Below, one piece after another: positions 1-8,869 of a stretch of DNA of 64,000 bases. A program made the position numbers and the translations under genes. Where the stretch lies: NCBI GenBank assembly GCA_052390235.1, contig JBQTHB010000006.1, forward strand, positions 64,001 through 128,000. Reading direction: 5' to 3'. The DNA comes from Deltaproteobacteria bacterium (GTDB lineage Bacteria > Desulfobacterota_D > UBA1144 > Nemesobacterales > CSP1-2). The notes under the pieces are model-generated. The model saw only the letters and a list, made by a program, of their open reading frames with translations. It did no database searches and was not told the origin of the DNA. The stretch's first letter is position 1. Every line of letters begins with the position of its first letter.

Positions 1-309
1 GTCCCATGAAATCCAATGCTTAAAATGAGCAATCTTATTTAGAGCGGCTGTGTAATAAGTTAGCCATTTAGGAATGTTATGTAGGAAAATAGAACCTGTT
101 GGCTTCGTGACGCGCACCATTTCTCCAACCCACAGCTCGCACCAGTCAAGATATTCTTGAAGCGCGAGACTATCCTTTGTGCTGTTGTACTTCTTCTTCA
201 GATTAAAGGGCGGGTCGGCAAAGGTAACGTCAATACTATTGTCGGGGATGTCGCGCAACAGCGTCAGGCAATCGCCTTGTGTAATCCTGTTCAAATATTT
301 TTCAAGCAT
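1..309 (-). CDS. Site-specific DNA methyltransferase (N4C/N6A, beta class), 5' part; runs off the window edge
   Basis: Not in the ORF track. Manual translation from ATG 309 gives MLEKYLNRITQGDCLTLLRDIPDNSIDVTFADPPFNLKKKY...WVGEMVRVTKPTGSIFLHNIPKW. It has an N-terminal DPPF catalytic motif, and its start overlaps the REase stop. Confidence 0.9.
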   Translation of the reverse strand, partial: MLEKYLNRITQGDCLTLLRDIPDNSIDVTFADPPFNLKKKYNSTKDSLALQEYLDWCELWVGEMVRVTKPTGSIFLHNIPKWLTYYTAALNKIAHFKHWISWD

Positions 310-1288
310 TTTTCCCAAACTCCGCCCGCAACAAATTTTCAAAGCGAGCCAACTCGTCTTTGTGGAATGTGAATACGTCTTGGTAAGCGGCGACCATGCG
401 CTTGAGGTCTTCTTTACGAACATACCAACCGATACCATCTATAAACCCGATGAACTTTGCTTTTGGATAATGCCGTTTGATAAGTTGCCGAACAGAAATT
501 TCGGTTTTTGACTTATCGCCTTGACCCGACGAGGTTGTTACCAGAAACGAACTTTCAGCGATGATGCGCGGATTCTCTTTGTTTGGGATGATAAAGTCCA
601 TTGTCCGCTTTGTATCTGGCGCATACGTTAACAACTCGCCCAAGTCGCCTGTCTCGTACGTTAAGCCCAGGCGCTCTAACAAATCAGCTACAACGGTTTC
701 GGGATTATTTTTCTTTTGCCCCGAATACGAGCCTTTCTCTTTGTACCGCACCAACGTATCAATCATTCATTGCGGAAATATCAAATTTCAATTTCGAGAT
801 GCTCAACTTCTTCAACTCAAAAAGCGGAATGGCGCTTGCAAGAAAGGGCAGGGTCGCGCCTTCAAAGAATATATTGACGATGCCCGCTCTGAAATGCTCG
901 TTATCGCTAAGTCTCCGCGCAATCGTAGCGTCTGACCATTCCTTGATATTTTCCAAATCTTCGGGCTGATGCCACTTCTCTTTGAGCGATAGCCTTGCCA
1001 AAGGGCGATTGTCCACGACTCGAATCAGTGTTATCAGGCGTTTCAAAGATTCGTTTGAGAAGCCAGTCAGCGCGAGTAGGGTGGTCAACCCGTTTTCATT
1101 CTCGGCAAGAAGTCGCTCGAAAATCTCCTTCTTTAACCCCTTCGTCTCAACTTCGTTTTTGAGGACAAGCAGACTTTCTCGGACTGAGTTTAAATAGCCT
1201 TCATATTTCTCTTCAAACGTCGGTTGAAGAAATAGAAGGTGTTCTTCTCGATGACTGTTCTGAATTTCTTGTCTGTGGTTTTCATCAT
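302..1288 (-). pseudogene. DpnII-like type II restriction endonuclease, split by two frameshifts
   Basis: One continuous protein can be assembled from three segments: MMKTTDKKFRTVIEKNTFYFFN, then (1-nt loss near 1222) TFEEKYEGYLNS...KFDISAM, then (ATGA duplicated near 763) IDTLVRYKEKG...MDFIIP...IIAESS...FIDGIGWYVRKEDL. It lies next to the MTase. Family assignment is from motif recall. Confidence 0.75.
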
Positions 1289-1348
1289 TTTCAATTTTAA
1301 TTCTACACCAAAAGGGGCGGAGAATTAATCGGCGGCAGAGGGAGAATC

Positions 1349-2695
1349 TCAGCGGGCTTCTAAGTCCTTCGCCGAAGCTGGGATGAGCGCGAGTATGCGG
1401 TCGCTTACCCTGTAAATCACCCTTCTGCCCTGAATCATGACAAAAACTTTTTCATCCCGCCTAGCCCCGAAAAGGAGCGTCGTCCGTTTATCGCCCGCTT
1501 CGGCGACGGTAATATGAATCTGCGGCTCGTCGAGTCCAAATGGGGATAAATCCTTTGGCAACTCGGATAAGTACCCCTCGCCGTAGAGATTTTCCATCTC
1601 CTCGAGGAGTTCGAGAATTTTCAGCCTCGATGGTCTGGAATCCGCCCTGCCGGAGGGGAATTTCCAGTCACTGCCCTCTTTGATGAGCGCGATAGTCTCG
1701 CCTCCGGTCTTAATCTCCAGCCCCTGAACAGAGCTTGAAATCAGCTCAAGTAGCCGCTTTAGAGTAAAATCGTCTAAGCCGTCCGGGATTTCATAATAAA
1801 CCGCATCAGATACCCTATAGACTGCGCCGCTTCCGGCGAGTTTCATGTAGTATCCGCCGCTCTCAGCCCGCCCGCCAAATAGGATGCGCACTGATTTTTC
1901 ATCCTCGAATATCTCAATCTCCGTCGAGGGTTTATCGAGTCCGTAAGACGAAAGCGGTTTTTGCTCCGAGAAATCCAAAACCTCCAGATTTGCGAGCGTC
2001 TTAATGAATCCCGCGACCCGGACTCCGTCAATAACCACCCCCTCAGGGGCATCGGCGGCAGTCCATGAATCCGCCACGCGCTCAAGCACAAACGAGGGAT
2101 ATTGGGACGGCATCACGCGGATTTTGCCGATTTTCGCCTCGTTGAGCGACAGAGGGCGCTTGCTCCTAAGTTGCGGCACAGAGACGGCGAGGAGTTTCTC
2201 AACCGAAGCCGAAGGAGCGATGAGAGTCCTCACGTCGCCCCCGTCTTTGACATACACCCCAGAGGTTACGGGGCTTTGAATTCCCACTAGGAGCGAGTAT
2301 TCGGCGGCGGCGGTTTTAATTGAGACCTCAAGCCTCGGCGAGTCAAGCCCGTAAAGGGGCAGGTCGGCGGGATTCTCAGATGCGATTTTCGAGATTTCGA
2401 TATTCAGCGCTTCGGCGGCAAGGGCGAGGACGACGCCTGAGTCGGCTCTGAAACCGCCATCTTCTGAATAGACTAGCCAGACTCCACCCTCTTTTCGGCA
2501 CTCTATCGAGCGGGCGGGGAATCGAAATTCAACCCCGATGATGTCCTGCGGCGCTACATCGGCAAATACGCGCTCCGGCGGACGGGACGGACTATCAGCC
2601 CCTCGCATCTCAAATAAGTAGATATAAGCTCCAAGCCCTATCAGGATGAGAGCGGCGGCGGCGGTAACCTTGAATTTCGCGATATAGTTTCTCAT
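1349..2695 (-). CDS. DUF4340 domain-containing membrane-anchored protein
   Basis: N-terminal TM helix and three repeats of the (Y/F)GLD.P...I.(F/V)G motif; last gene of the Gld-like ABC operon. Start moved to ATG 2695. Confidence 0.8.
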   Translation of the reverse strand: MRNYIAKFKVTAAAALILIGLGAYIYLFEMRGADSPSRPPERVFADVAPQDIIGVEFRFPARSIECRKEGGVWLVYSEDGGFRADSGVVLALAAEALNIEISKIASENPADLPLYGLDSPRLEVSIKTAAAEYSLLVGIQSPVTSGVYVKDGGDVRTLIAPSASVEKLLAVSVPQLRSKRPLSLNEAKIGKIRVMPSQYPSFVLERVADSWTAADAPEGVVIDGVRVAGFIKTLANLEVLDFSEQKPLSSYGLDKPSTEIEIFEDEKSVRILFGGRAESGGYYMKLAGSGAVYRVSDAVYYEIPDGLDDFTLKRLLELISSSVQGLEIKTGGETIALIKEGSDWKFPSGRADSRPSRLKILELLEEMENLYGEGYLSELPKDLSPFGLDEPQIHITVAEAGDKRTTLLFGARRDEKVFVMIQGRRVIYRVSDRILALIPASAKDLEAR

Positions 2696-2829
2696 AACAT
2701 TTAGCCAATTACGGCGATTCCAAGCGGCGGGGGCGGTGTTTATCGGCGGAACAGATGCCATCCATCAGCTTGGCTCAGTGATGAATCTACTTGCTCTCGA
2801 TGGCGAGCCGAGCCGGAATCGCGGCGGAT

Positions 2830-4206
2830 TTACATATTTTTTCTCTTCCACCACCTGACTGTGCCAAAGAAAAGCGCCAGCGCCGGAAAAACAACGAGCG
2901 TGAAAGTGAATATGAGCTTCATCTGACTTTCCGTCATCGAGAGCGTAGCCCCGCCCGCGCTCTTCGGTCTAATCGAGATTAAATGCTCATCGCCCAATAC
3001 CCAGTTGACGGCGTTGAGAAAGAAATCCCCGTTGCCCGAAAACGTGAAAAACCTGTTCGAGCCAAAGTCAACGCTCCCGAAAGCGGCGATACGCGCGCCC
3101 CTGCCGACCTCGCTCACGGCAAATACACCCAGGGGCCCCGCCTTGTCCGTAGGGTCGTTCTGGGCAATTCCCTGCTCGAAGAGCGTGAAATCCCTCTCAG
3201 CCCAGCTGTATTCGCTGGTGGCGGCAACAACGGCGGCCCTTATACCCTCGCCCGCCGACAGGGCTTCTAGGCTTCTGGTGTAAGGGTAAATCGTCGCAAA
3301 GTGGAAACCGTCCGAGATGTCGTGCGGCGCGTAATCGGCGACTATCGGGGTAATATCCCCTCCGCCTACGAGCTTTGACGAGGGGTCAATCACTACGTCG
3401 TCGCCAAAACCGATTCCGTAGCGCTTCAGAAGCACGGCTAAATCCTCGGACGAGCGGGGTTCTATCATAAACACCGCTTTGCCGCCGTCGCGGATGTATT
3501 TTTTTATGATTTCAATCTCTCTGTCGGCTAGAGGTTTTTTCGCTCCCGCTATGATGAGAACCGAATCCTTGGGGGGGATTTTTGCGTCTCGCAGGAGTAA
3601 TAGCTCTTTGACTTGATACGCCTCGTCCCTGAGGGCGGCGGCGAGGAGTCCGAACCCTTCGGGCTTGGTTTTATCGCCGATGTCGCGCTCGCCGTGTCCG
3701 CCGAGGAAATGTACGGTTTTTCTAATATCGCTTGAGAGCCTTATGAGGGCGTTGGTGAGTTGCTCCTCGCAGTCCTCGACGATTCCGCCTGAGATGAGGT
3801 CTGAGAGGTTGAGCCTCGCGGTTCGGTCTCCTTTGAGAAGCACCACCGTGCCGTATTCGCTGACGCCGTATTTTCTGGAAATCCCCGGCTCTTTATCGGG
3901 GTCTATGAATTTCACTTCGAGCATCTGGGATTTATTTTCGTACTGCTGGGCGAGGTCTTGAAATTCCCTTCTGTCAACGCCAACCTGCTTAAAGAACGCT
4001 AAAATCTCGATTTTATCCTGCAGCGAGCCCAGAACCCTCACCGTCTGATTGGACAGCGAATGGATTTTCCCCCGCGTAACGTCGAGCCTGACCCCCTCGC
4101 CCCGCTTAAAGGCGACGTAGTTGACGGCGGCGATAATTCCGAGGATGACCACTGTAAAGATAAAGGCGTTAGCCCCGTAAATTACAGAACGCCTCCCGCG
4201 CTTCAT
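2830..4206 (-). CDS. GldG-family ABC transporter auxiliary component
   Basis: RLDVT..KIHSLS.QT, FIDPDKEP, FLGGHGE and GNGDFFLNAVNWV motifs; N- and C-terminal TMs; ATGA overlap with the permease. Confidence 0.88.
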   Translation of the reverse strand: MKRGRRSVIYGANAFIFTVVILGIIAAVNYVAFKRGEGVRLDVTRGKIHSLSNQTVRVLGSLQDKIEILAFFKQVGVDRREFQDLAQQYENKSQMLEVKFIDPDKEPGISRKYGVSEYGTVVLLKGDRTARLNLSDLISGGIVEDCEEQLTNALIRLSSDIRKTVHFLGGHGERDIGDKTKPEGFGLLAAALRDEAYQVKELLLLRDAKIPPKDSVLIIAGAKKPLADREIEIIKKYIRDGGKAVFMIEPRSSEDLAVLLKRYGIGFGDDVVIDPSSKLVGGGDITPIVADYAPHDISDGFHFATIYPYTRSLEALSAGEGIRAAVVAATSEYSWAERDFTLFEQGIAQNDPTDKAGPLGVFAVSEVGRGARIAAFGSVDFGSNRFFTFSGNGDFFLNAVNWVLGDEHLISIRPKSAGGATLSMTESQMKLIFTFTLVVFPALALFFGTVRWWKRKNM

Positions 4207-4955
4207 CTCCACCTCTCGGAGTCCAGCACTATGTGGGTGAGAAAAAGCCCCAGAAATATAAACGAGACGTAGTAGAGAACGTCTTTTAGCCCAATCACCC
4301 CTTTGGAAAAATTCTCAAAGTGATTGATTATGGAGAGGTATCCAAGCACAGAACCACCGGCATCCGAAGAGGCTCCTATAATCCAGAATACGAGCAAGAT
4401 TCCGAATGAAATCACCGCGGCAATTATCTGGCTGTCCGTAAGAGCGGAAGCAAAAAGCCCGACCGAGAGGAATGTTCCCCCTAGGAGAAAAAGCCCCAGA
4501 TAACCGGACGCAATCTGCCCCAAGTCGGGATTTCCATACGCGACGAGAACCCCCACATAGACGAGCGAGGAGACCATCATAAGAGAGAATAGGATAAAGG
4601 CGGCGAGGAATTTGCCCATTAGTATATGCAGTACCCTGATGGGCGCGGTAAACAGAAGCTCCGCCGTAGAGTTGCGGCGCTCCTCGGCAAGCAGGCGCAT
4701 CGTAATGAGCGGCATCATTAGCAGAAGCACGACGCTTATCGTGCCGAAATACGGGCGCACGACGAATTCATTGAGATTCATACTGTCTTTGAGCAGTTGA
4801 AACCTCGGGTCAAACTGAGACTCGGCAAACCCCTGAAGATAGATGAAAAAAAATATCCCAGACAAAATCAGAAACACAAACAGCACAATATACGCCACAA
4901 GCGACGAGAAATAGGATTTCATCTCCTTTGCCACTATAGCCCAAATCACTCTCAT
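4203..4955 (-). CDS. ABC-2 permease, GldF-like
   Basis: KEMKSYFSS, ITMRLLAEERR..TAELLFTAP and GKFLAA motifs; six TMs. Confidence 0.9.
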   Translation of the reverse strand: MRVIWAIVAKEMKSYFSSLVAYIVLFVFLILSGIFFFIYLQGFAESQFDPRFQLLKDSMNLNEFVVRPYFGTISVVLLLMMPLITMRLLAEERRNSTAELLFTAPIRVLHILMGKFLAAFILFSLMMVSSLVYVGVLVAYGNPDLGQIASGYLGLFLLGGTFLSVGLFASALTDSQIIAAVISFGILLVFWIIGASSDAGGSVLGYLSIINHFENFSKGVIGLKDVLYYVSFIFLGLFLTHIVLDSERWR

Positions 4956-5884
4956 ACGCGCTTGCCCTCGGTTGAAATTACCCGCAGAAAAACCTGCTCC
5001 AGCGTGTGCGTAAGCGGACGCATCTCAAGCAGTCCCCAATTGCTCTGAACGGCGAGCCTTGAGAGCTCGTCCCTCACGTCCTGCCCTTCCTTGGGGCGCA
5101 CTAAAAACTCCCCAGGCGCGCTTTCGCTAACGTCCAGCACCCCGGCAATTGAGATTATTCTCTCTGCAATCCGCTCGGATGGACTGCCAATTTTAAGAAA
5201 TAGATCCTCTCCCCCCCGAACCTTGTCCGAAATCCCGTGAATCGTCTCCTCAAGCACTATTCTGCCCTCGTTAATAATGACCACCCTCGAACAGGTCATC
5301 GTAACCTCTGGCAGAACGTGAGTGCTGAGAACAACCGTCCGCTCGCCGGCGAGGCTCTTTATCAACTCGCGAATTTCGATTATCTGCTTCGGGTCAAGCC
5401 CTACGGTAGGCTCGTCAAGCACCAGAATCTCCGGGTCATGAATGAGAGCCTGAGCGATTCCGATGCGCTGGCGGTAACCCTTGGACATATTCCCAATGAG
5501 CCGCCCCCTGACCTCTGCAATCGCGCAGATGTCCATGGCATAGATGATTCTGTCTTTTTTCTTGGACTTCGGCACGCCTCTTATATCCGCCACAAAGCCC
5601 AGATAGTCTCTTATGGTCATATCGAAGTACAGGGGCGGGTTTTCGGGCAGGTAGCCGATTTTGCTCTTCGCCTCAATGGGGTTTTCGAGAATATCTAAAT
5701 CGGCAATTGTTACCGTGCCGTCGGTAGGGGGCATATAGCCCGTGATAATGCGCATTGTGGTGGTTTTTCCTGCCCCGTTCGGCCCTAGAAAGCCGAGCAC
5801 TTCTCCCCGGTTGACCTGAAAGGAAACGTCATCGAGCGCGACTAAATCCCCGTACTTTTTTGATATATTCTGGACTTTGAGCAT
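4952..5884 (-). CDS. ABC transporter ATP-binding protein, GldA-like
   Basis: Walker A GPNGAGKTT, signature MSKGYRQR, Walker B LVLDEPT. Confidence 0.93.
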   Translation of the reverse strand: MLKVQNISKKYGDLVALDDVSFQVNRGEVLGFLGPNGAGKTTTMRIITGYMPPTDGTVTIADLDILENPIEAKSKIGYLPENPPLYFDMTIRDYLGFVADIRGVPKSKKKDRIIYAMDICAIAEVRGRLIGNMSKGYRQRIGIAQALIHDPEILVLDEPTVGLDPKQIIEIRELIKSLAGERTVVLSTHVLPEVTMTCSRVVIINEGRIVLEETIHGISDKVRGGEDLFLKIGSPSERIAERIISIAGVLDVSESAPGEFLVRPKEGQDVRDELSRLAVQSNWGLLEMRPLTHTLEQVFLRVISTEGKRV

Positions 5885-6034
5885 GGTTATAGGAAAATTC
5901 AGGACGAAACTCAATTAAAAAACTAATTAAACGAGTACCGATGTCAAGTATAAATTGAAATTGGATGCCGCAGGCGAGTTGCTCAGGCGTAGTTGACAGC
6001 AATCCAGCGCAATATTTTTTATTTCCAATAAAGG

Positions 6035-6063
6035 TTGACAATTCGAAACATCGGCAGTAGTAT
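6035..6063 (+). promoter_or_regulatory. Sigma70-type promoter upstream of cspA
   Basis: TTGACA, 17 nt, TAGTAT; AGGAGG ribosome-binding site before ATG 6100. Confidence 0.6.
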
Positions 6064-6099
6064 CATTATCCAAAGTATTTCAAGGAGGCTATTTATTTA

Positions 6100-6309
6100 A
6101 TGCGGGGAAAAGTGAAATGGTTTAATGGTTCGAAGGGGTTCGGCTTTATTGAGTCCCAGGAGTTAGGGAAGGACGTATTTGTTCACTACAGCGTCATTGA
6201 GGAAAAGGGTTATAAAAACCTCAATGAGGGCGAAGAAGTAGAGTTCGAGGTAAAAGAAGGTCCTAAAGGCCCGCAAGCTACCAGAGTTACGCGAGTACAG
6301 GCGGCTTAA
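6100..6309 (+). CDS. cspA: Cold-shock protein
   Basis: GKVKWFN..KGFGFI and DVFVHYS (RNP1/RNP2), KGPQA. Confidence 0.95.
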   Translation: MRGKVKWFNGSKGFGFIESQELGKDVFVHYSVIEEKGYKNLNEGEEVEFEVKEGPKGPQATRVTRVQAA

Positions 6310-6384
6310 CACTTTCCAAACAACTCGGAAATTCGGAAATACCCACTTGACACCCTAACCTATTATCCGAATATTTAGATTAGG

Positions 6385-7146
6385 TTGATAACAAGAAGGC
6401 TTTTTGCAAAAATGGCAATATCGGGAGGGATGGGCATAGCGTCCATTCCTCTCTTAGCCTTAGGCTCTCCGTCGGATTTTGTGTTCTGCCAGGTTTCGTA
6501 CAATGGAAACTGGAATCCGCGCCCAAGGGCTTTTAGAAGGCTTCTGGTATCCGTTGAGCTTCGCACAAGCGTGGGGGCTTCGTTCGAGAGAAAAACCCTG
6601 AGCATCTCCGACCCCAATCTATTCAATTACCCATTTCTATATCTTGCCGGCGACGGCGACTTTGCTCCTTTTTCTGAGGAAGAGGCGGCGAGGCTTAGGA
6701 AATTTATAAGGCTCGGCGGGGGCGTTTTAATAGACGACGCATCTGGCAGGGAGGATTCTGCTTTTGATTCCCGAATCCGCGAGGAATTCAGCCGCATATT
6801 GCCCGAAACCCCATTTAGCCGCATAAGTGACGACAGCGTAATCTATAAGTCGTTTTACCTGCTGAATTCCGCGGCGGGAAGAAAGATTGTGAGACCCCAC
6901 CTTGAGGGAATTTCATTTACGGACGAAGACAGGATTCCGGTGATTTACTCGAGAAACGATATGGGTGGGGCGTGGTCTGAGGATGAACTGGGAAAATGGG
7001 AATTCGAGTGCGTTCCGGGGGGAGAGTATCAACGGGAGAGCGCGTTCAGGCTCGGAATCAATATAGTTATCTACGCCCTCACAGGAAATTACAAAAAAGA
7101 CCAGATTCACAGCCCCTTCATCAAGCGCCGCGAGATGAGCTTATAG
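6385..7146 (+). CDS. DUF4159 domain protein with a Tat-like signal
   Basis: YPFLYLAG, LRKFI..GG..LIDD, SRNDMGGAW and GINIVIYALTGNYK.DQ.H motifs; N-terminal TRRLFAK. Confidence 0.8.
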   Translation: MITRRLFAKMAISGGMGIASIPLLALGSPSDFVFCQVSYNGNWNPRPRAFRRLLVSVELRTSVGASFERKTLSISDPNLFNYPFLYLAGDGDFAPFSEEEAARLRKFIRLGGGVLIDDASGREDSAFDSRIREEFSRILPETPFSRISDDSVIYKSFYLLNSAAGRKIVRPHLEGISFTDEDRIPVIYSRNDMGGAWSEDELGKWEFECVPGGEYQRESAFRLGINIVIYALTGNYKKDQIHSPFIKRREMSL

Positions 7147-7297
7147 ACGCGCTGCGCCGCTTCAATACTGCATTCAGCATCACGGCGAATCCCGAATCCG
7201 CTTGCGGTATTCTAAATTTGAAAACGGCGCGGTTTTGTATTAATTTTATTTGCTAAAATTTTACAAATAAATCCTAAAGAAGGAAGGTAACACCCAA

Positions 7298-8440
7298 ATG
7301 GCTCTGACAAAACAGCAAATAGGCCGCTACAGCAGGCATCTGATCATGCCTGAGGTAGGAGTAGATGGACAGGAAAAGCTATGTGCGGCAAGAGTCCTTT
7401 GCGTCGGCGCAGGGGGTTTAGGCTCTCCGCTCGCGCTGTACTTAGGCGCGGCTGGAGTCGGCAATCTCGGCATTTTGGATTTCGACGTAGTGGATTTAAG
7501 CAACCTCCAGCGGCAGGTCATCCACAGCGAGTCAACCATCGGCAAACTCAAAGTGGAATCCGCCAAGGAAAGGCTCCTGCAGATAAATTCAGAACTCAAA
7601 ATCACAACCTACAACACGCGCCTCAGCTCCGAGAACGCCATAGACATCATCAGAGATTACGACATCGTCGTGGACGGCACGGATAATTTCGCCACCCGCT
7701 ATCTCGTGAATGACGCCTGCGTTCTACTGGGCAAGCCAAACGTCTATGGGAGCATATTCCGCTTCGAGGGGCAGGTGAGCGTGTTCGACGCTAAAAGGGG
7801 CCCGTGCTACAGATGCCTATACCCAGAACCGCCTCCGCCTGGACTTGTGCCGAGCTGCGCCGAGGGGGGAGTGCTTGGGATTCTGCCGGGGATTATCGGC
7901 ACGATGCAGGCGGCCGAGACGATTAAACTGATTCTAGGCAAAGGGAATCCGCTCATTGGCAAGCTCCTTTTTCTCGATGTAATGGAGATGAAAATACGCG
8001 AGCTGAAGCTGCGCAAAGACCCAGACTGCCCGATATGCGGCAAAAACCCCACGATTACAAAACTCATTGACTATGAAGAATTTTGCGGACTCGGCAGGGG
8101 CGAAGATGTCGCATCGGAAGACGATGTTGAGATAACAATTGACGAATTCCATGAAATCAGAAATGACGGCAACAACATCGTCGTACTCGACGTAAGAGAG
8201 CCGGGGGAGCATGAAATATGCAGTTTTGAAGGCTCGAAACTGATTCCGCTCAACGAGCTTCAGTCGAGGGTCAATGAACTCGACACGGCCGATGAAATCA
8301 TCGTTCACTGCCATCACGGGATGAGGAGTCTCAGGGCGACGAATTTCCTCCGCAGCGTGGGATTTAAAAAAGTCAAAAGCCTCAGAGGCGGGATTGACGC
8401 TTGGGCTGAGGAATACGACCCAATAATGCCCAGATATTAG
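7298..8440 (+). CDS. moeB: Molybdopterin-synthase adenylyltransferase MoeB/MoeZ (ThiF plus rhodanese)
   Basis: RYSRHL, GAGGLG, SNLQRQ, CYRC...CPIC zinc sites, C-terminal rhodanese CHHGMRS. Confidence 0.92.
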   Translation: MALTKQQIGRYSRHLIMPEVGVDGQEKLCAARVLCVGAGGLGSPLALYLGAAGVGNLGILDFDVVDLSNLQRQVIHSESTIGKLKVESAKERLLQINSELKITTYNTRLSSENAIDIIRDYDIVVDGTDNFATRYLVNDACVLLGKPNVYGSIFRFEGQVSVFDAKRGPCYRCLYPEPPPPGLVPSCAEGGVLGILPGIIGTMQAAETIKLILGKGNPLIGKLLFLDVMEMKIRELKLRKDPDCPICGKNPTITKLIDYEEFCGLGRGEDVASEDDVEITIDEFHEIRNDGNNIVVLDVREPGEHEICSFEGSKLIPLNELQSRVNELDTADEIIVHCHHGMRSLRATNFLRSVGFKKVKSLRGGIDAWAEEYDPIMPRY

Positions 8441-8624
8441 CTCAATTTTACCTGTGGATACCAAAGCTCCGGCGGTTGCCCCTCTGCGCACAGACAGAGT
8501 AGCCTGCCGGGGCTTTTTTATTTGGGTTTTAGCGAATTTTCCCCGCCCGTGATGAGGCTGTGGACTCACTGAGGGCTAAAAGCTCGATTCGGGGTTCCAG
8601 AATATATTAAGAGGGGGCAAAAAA

Positions 8625-8708
8625 TGGGCAGGAAGGGAATCGAACCCTTATGGGCGTTAGCCCAACGACTTTTGAGGCCGCCGCGTCTGCCGGTTCCGCC
8701 ACCTGCCC
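8625..8708 (-). tRNA. tRNA-Leu(CAA)
   Basis: GGGCAGG acceptor stem, anticodon arm GCGGC-CTCAAAA-GTCGT, long variable arm, GGTTCGATTCC T-loop; CCA not encoded. Confidence 0.93.
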
Positions 8709-8795
8709 TGCTCTACTCGGCGCGCAAATTATATTATCCTCGGTTTGCGGGGGAATTCAAGACCGCAGAGAATCCCAGATACTTAGGGGGTTTCT

Positions 8796-8824
8796 TTGAC
8801 ACCCCCCCTGCGCTAGCGTAAAAT
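8796..8824 (+). promoter_or_regulatory. Sigma70-type promoter of gyrA
   Basis: TTGACA, 17 nt (GC-rich spacer), TAAAAT. Confidence 0.65.
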
Positions 8825-8869
8825 TACCTGCCTCAAAAAATGGAGTTTTAGCAAGGAGTTTCGCCAATT

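Noticed and set aside
7298..8440. Prokaryotic ubiquitin-like system (E1 plus JAB)
   Set aside because: The E1-like protein is an ordinary MoeB-rhodanese, the JAB domain is about 28 kb away and fused to DinG, and no Ubl or E2 gene is nearby.
8624..8821. 65-aa ORF (also 17300-17518 and 17428-17655)
   Set aside because: These overlap tRNA-Leu genes and are shadow translations.
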